From a virus (lineage: Duplodnaviria; Caudoviricetes), in IMG/VR virus record IMGVR_UViG_3300027759_003166: 64,000 nt of DNA; one strand, given 5' to 3'. Both the position numbers and the translations under genes were made by a program. Under the pieces are notes generated by a model. The model ran no database searches, had not been told where the DNA came from, and saw only the letters and a list, made by a program, of their open reading frames with translations. Positions 62,770-64,000 of this stretch are shown here, piece by piece. The first letter of the stretch is position 1, and each line of letters starts with the position of its first letter.

Positions 62770-64000
62770 CTATTTTTTCCTCTTCCACTGCTGGAACTTT
62801 TTCTTTGTTTTCTTCCCAGGCTAGTTTGGCTTGTTCGCCAATCTTACCTTCGTATGGGCAAGGTGTTCCTGCTGCCATCATAGCATCAAATATACGACGG
62901 TCTTGACACATAGTAGCCACCGCTGCTACCTTCATACCCATATCATATAATGTTTTGGCCAACTTTAATCTTTCGCAATTCATATCACGTATGGTACCGC
63001 CACCACTTACGCCGAAGATCTGTGTCTGTACACTACCACTGGATCCTGTGGTACATAGATCACCATTGCCGCCACTCATCATTGATGGTGCAACTGCTGT
63101 AGGTGGAGGTTGAATAACACGCTGTGTAATATCACTGGTATTAACATTGTTATTAGTCATTGTACCACTGTTGATATTTTGATTAACATTGTTGTTAGAA
63201 TTGGTGCTAGCACTGGTAGATGAGTTAACATTATTATTATTGTTGGTCATACTACCACTTTGAACGTTGTTGTTAGTCATTGTACCACTGTTGATATTGG
63301 TATTAACATTATTACTAGTTGATGAATTTTGATTAATATTATTATTGTTATTAGTCATCGTACCACTATTAATGTTAGTGTTGGTACTAACATTGGTGTT
63401 GACATTGTTATTGTTATTGGTCATTGTACCAGAATTAATATTGTTGTTGGTATTAACGCTGGTGCTAGAGTTAACATTATTATTGTTATTAGTTGCGGTA
63501 CTTGTACTAGCATTATTATTGTTGTAGGTCATTGTACCAGTATTAACATTATTATTTGTATTAACACTGGTGCTAGCGTTGACATTATTATTGTTGTAGG
63601 TCATTGTACCTGTGTTAACATTGTTGTTGGTATTAACGCTGGTACTGGTACTAACATTGTTATTATTATTGGTCATCGTACCGGTATTAACGTTATTGTT
63701 ATTAAACGTTTGAGTTCCGCTATTAACGTTGTTATTATTGTTGGTATACGTAACTGACCCTGACATAACATTATTGTTGTTATTGTTATTGGTCATTGTA
63801 CCCGTATTAACATTATTATTGTTATTGGTATTAACACTAGTGCTACCAACTGTGGTTTGGTTAATATTGGTTATGGTACCACTATTAACGTTATTGGTAT
63901 TAATAGTACTTGTGCTGGTAGATGTACTATTGGTATCTACTAAACTTTTAGAATCGTAACCACCTTGGTTAATTACAGTTTGTGCCCAAACTGTAGATAT
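62705..64000 (-). CDS. Secreted Asn-rich repeat protein, 5' end beyond the window
   Basis: Frame stays open from 63796 to 64000 (...ISTVWAQTVINQGG); GTMT(N/Y)NNNNVN repeats; Cys-rich C-terminal domain. Confidence 0.8.
   Translation of the reverse strand: MSTVWAQTVINQGGYDSKSLVDTNSTSTSTSTINTNNVNSGTITNINQTTVGSTSVNTNNNNNVNTGTMTNNNNNNNVMSGSVTYTNNNNNVNSGTQTFNNNNVNTGTMTNNNNNVSTSTSVNTNNNVNTGTMTYNNNNVNASTSVNTNNNVNTGTMTYNNNNASTSTATNNNNNVNSSTSVNTNNNINSGTMTNNNNNVNTNVSTNTNINSGTMTNNNNNINQNSSTSNNVNTNINSGTMTNNNVQSGSMTNNNNNVNSSTSASTNSNNNVNQNINSGTMTNNNVNTSDITQRVIQPPPTAVAPSMMSGGNGDLCTTGSSGSVQTQIFGVSGGGTIRDMNCERLKLAKTLYDMGMKVAAVATMCQDRRIFDAMMAAGTPCPYEGKIGEQAKLAWEENKEKVPAVEEEKIDDTYTKMGLGALLGAIVYKSF

Noticed and set aside
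63329-63959. Plus-strand hydrophobic ORFs (63329-63757, 63345-63527, 63729-63959)
   Set aside because: They are antisense shadows of the Asn/Thr codon repeats.
62705-64000. Diversity-generating retroelement template (AAY-rich)
   Set aside because: There is no TR/VR pair differing only at adenines and no reverse transcriptase in the window; the repeats are explained at the protein level.

Overview
A 64-kb segment of a large, AT-rich, T4-like lytic phage genome. Most genes lie on the minus strand, sigma70 promoters are near consensus and late genes have TAAATA-like upstream boxes. The porin, IscU/IscA/ErpA, RNAP omega and two-piece tmRNA suggest a proteobacterial, probably betaproteobacterial, host (inference). 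Left arm (1-12.2 kb): FolE, whose C-terminus is displaced by an HNH insertion, a UDP-sugar dehydrogenase, an Fe-S assembly trio, a SleB-like hydrolase, a phosphoesterase, an AAA kinase and a TROVE/Ro60-like vWA protein (DUF2828 type). 12.2-21.6 kb: a minus-strand operon of 29 tRNAs covering all 20 amino acids. It is interleaved with two repeated families of structured RNA, a YrlA-like permuted tRNA mimic, several other CCA-ended RNAs, parvulin, RNAP omega and FkbM methyltransferases. It is headed by tandem promoters and a 47-codon leader ORF that uses all 20 amino acids in its first 35 codons and overlaps an antiterminator/terminator switch, which makes it a candidate pan-amino-acid attenuator. 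21.7-35.7 kb: a plus-strand glycan-modification island with GT17 x3, methyltransferases, nucleotidyltransferases, a HAD enzyme and a form IV RuBisCO-like protein. 35.7-64 kb: heme oxygenase plus bilin reductase, ClpS, Hsp20 and DnaK (the last two sharing a thermometer-like 5' UTR), a stand-alone HemA dimerisation-like domain, a PBP7-like peptidase, small paralog arrays, bS21, ClpX, a porin, rubredoxin/rubrerythrin, a circularly permuted tmRNA and two large low-complexity secreted proteins. All RNA structures were folded by eye and no database searches were run.
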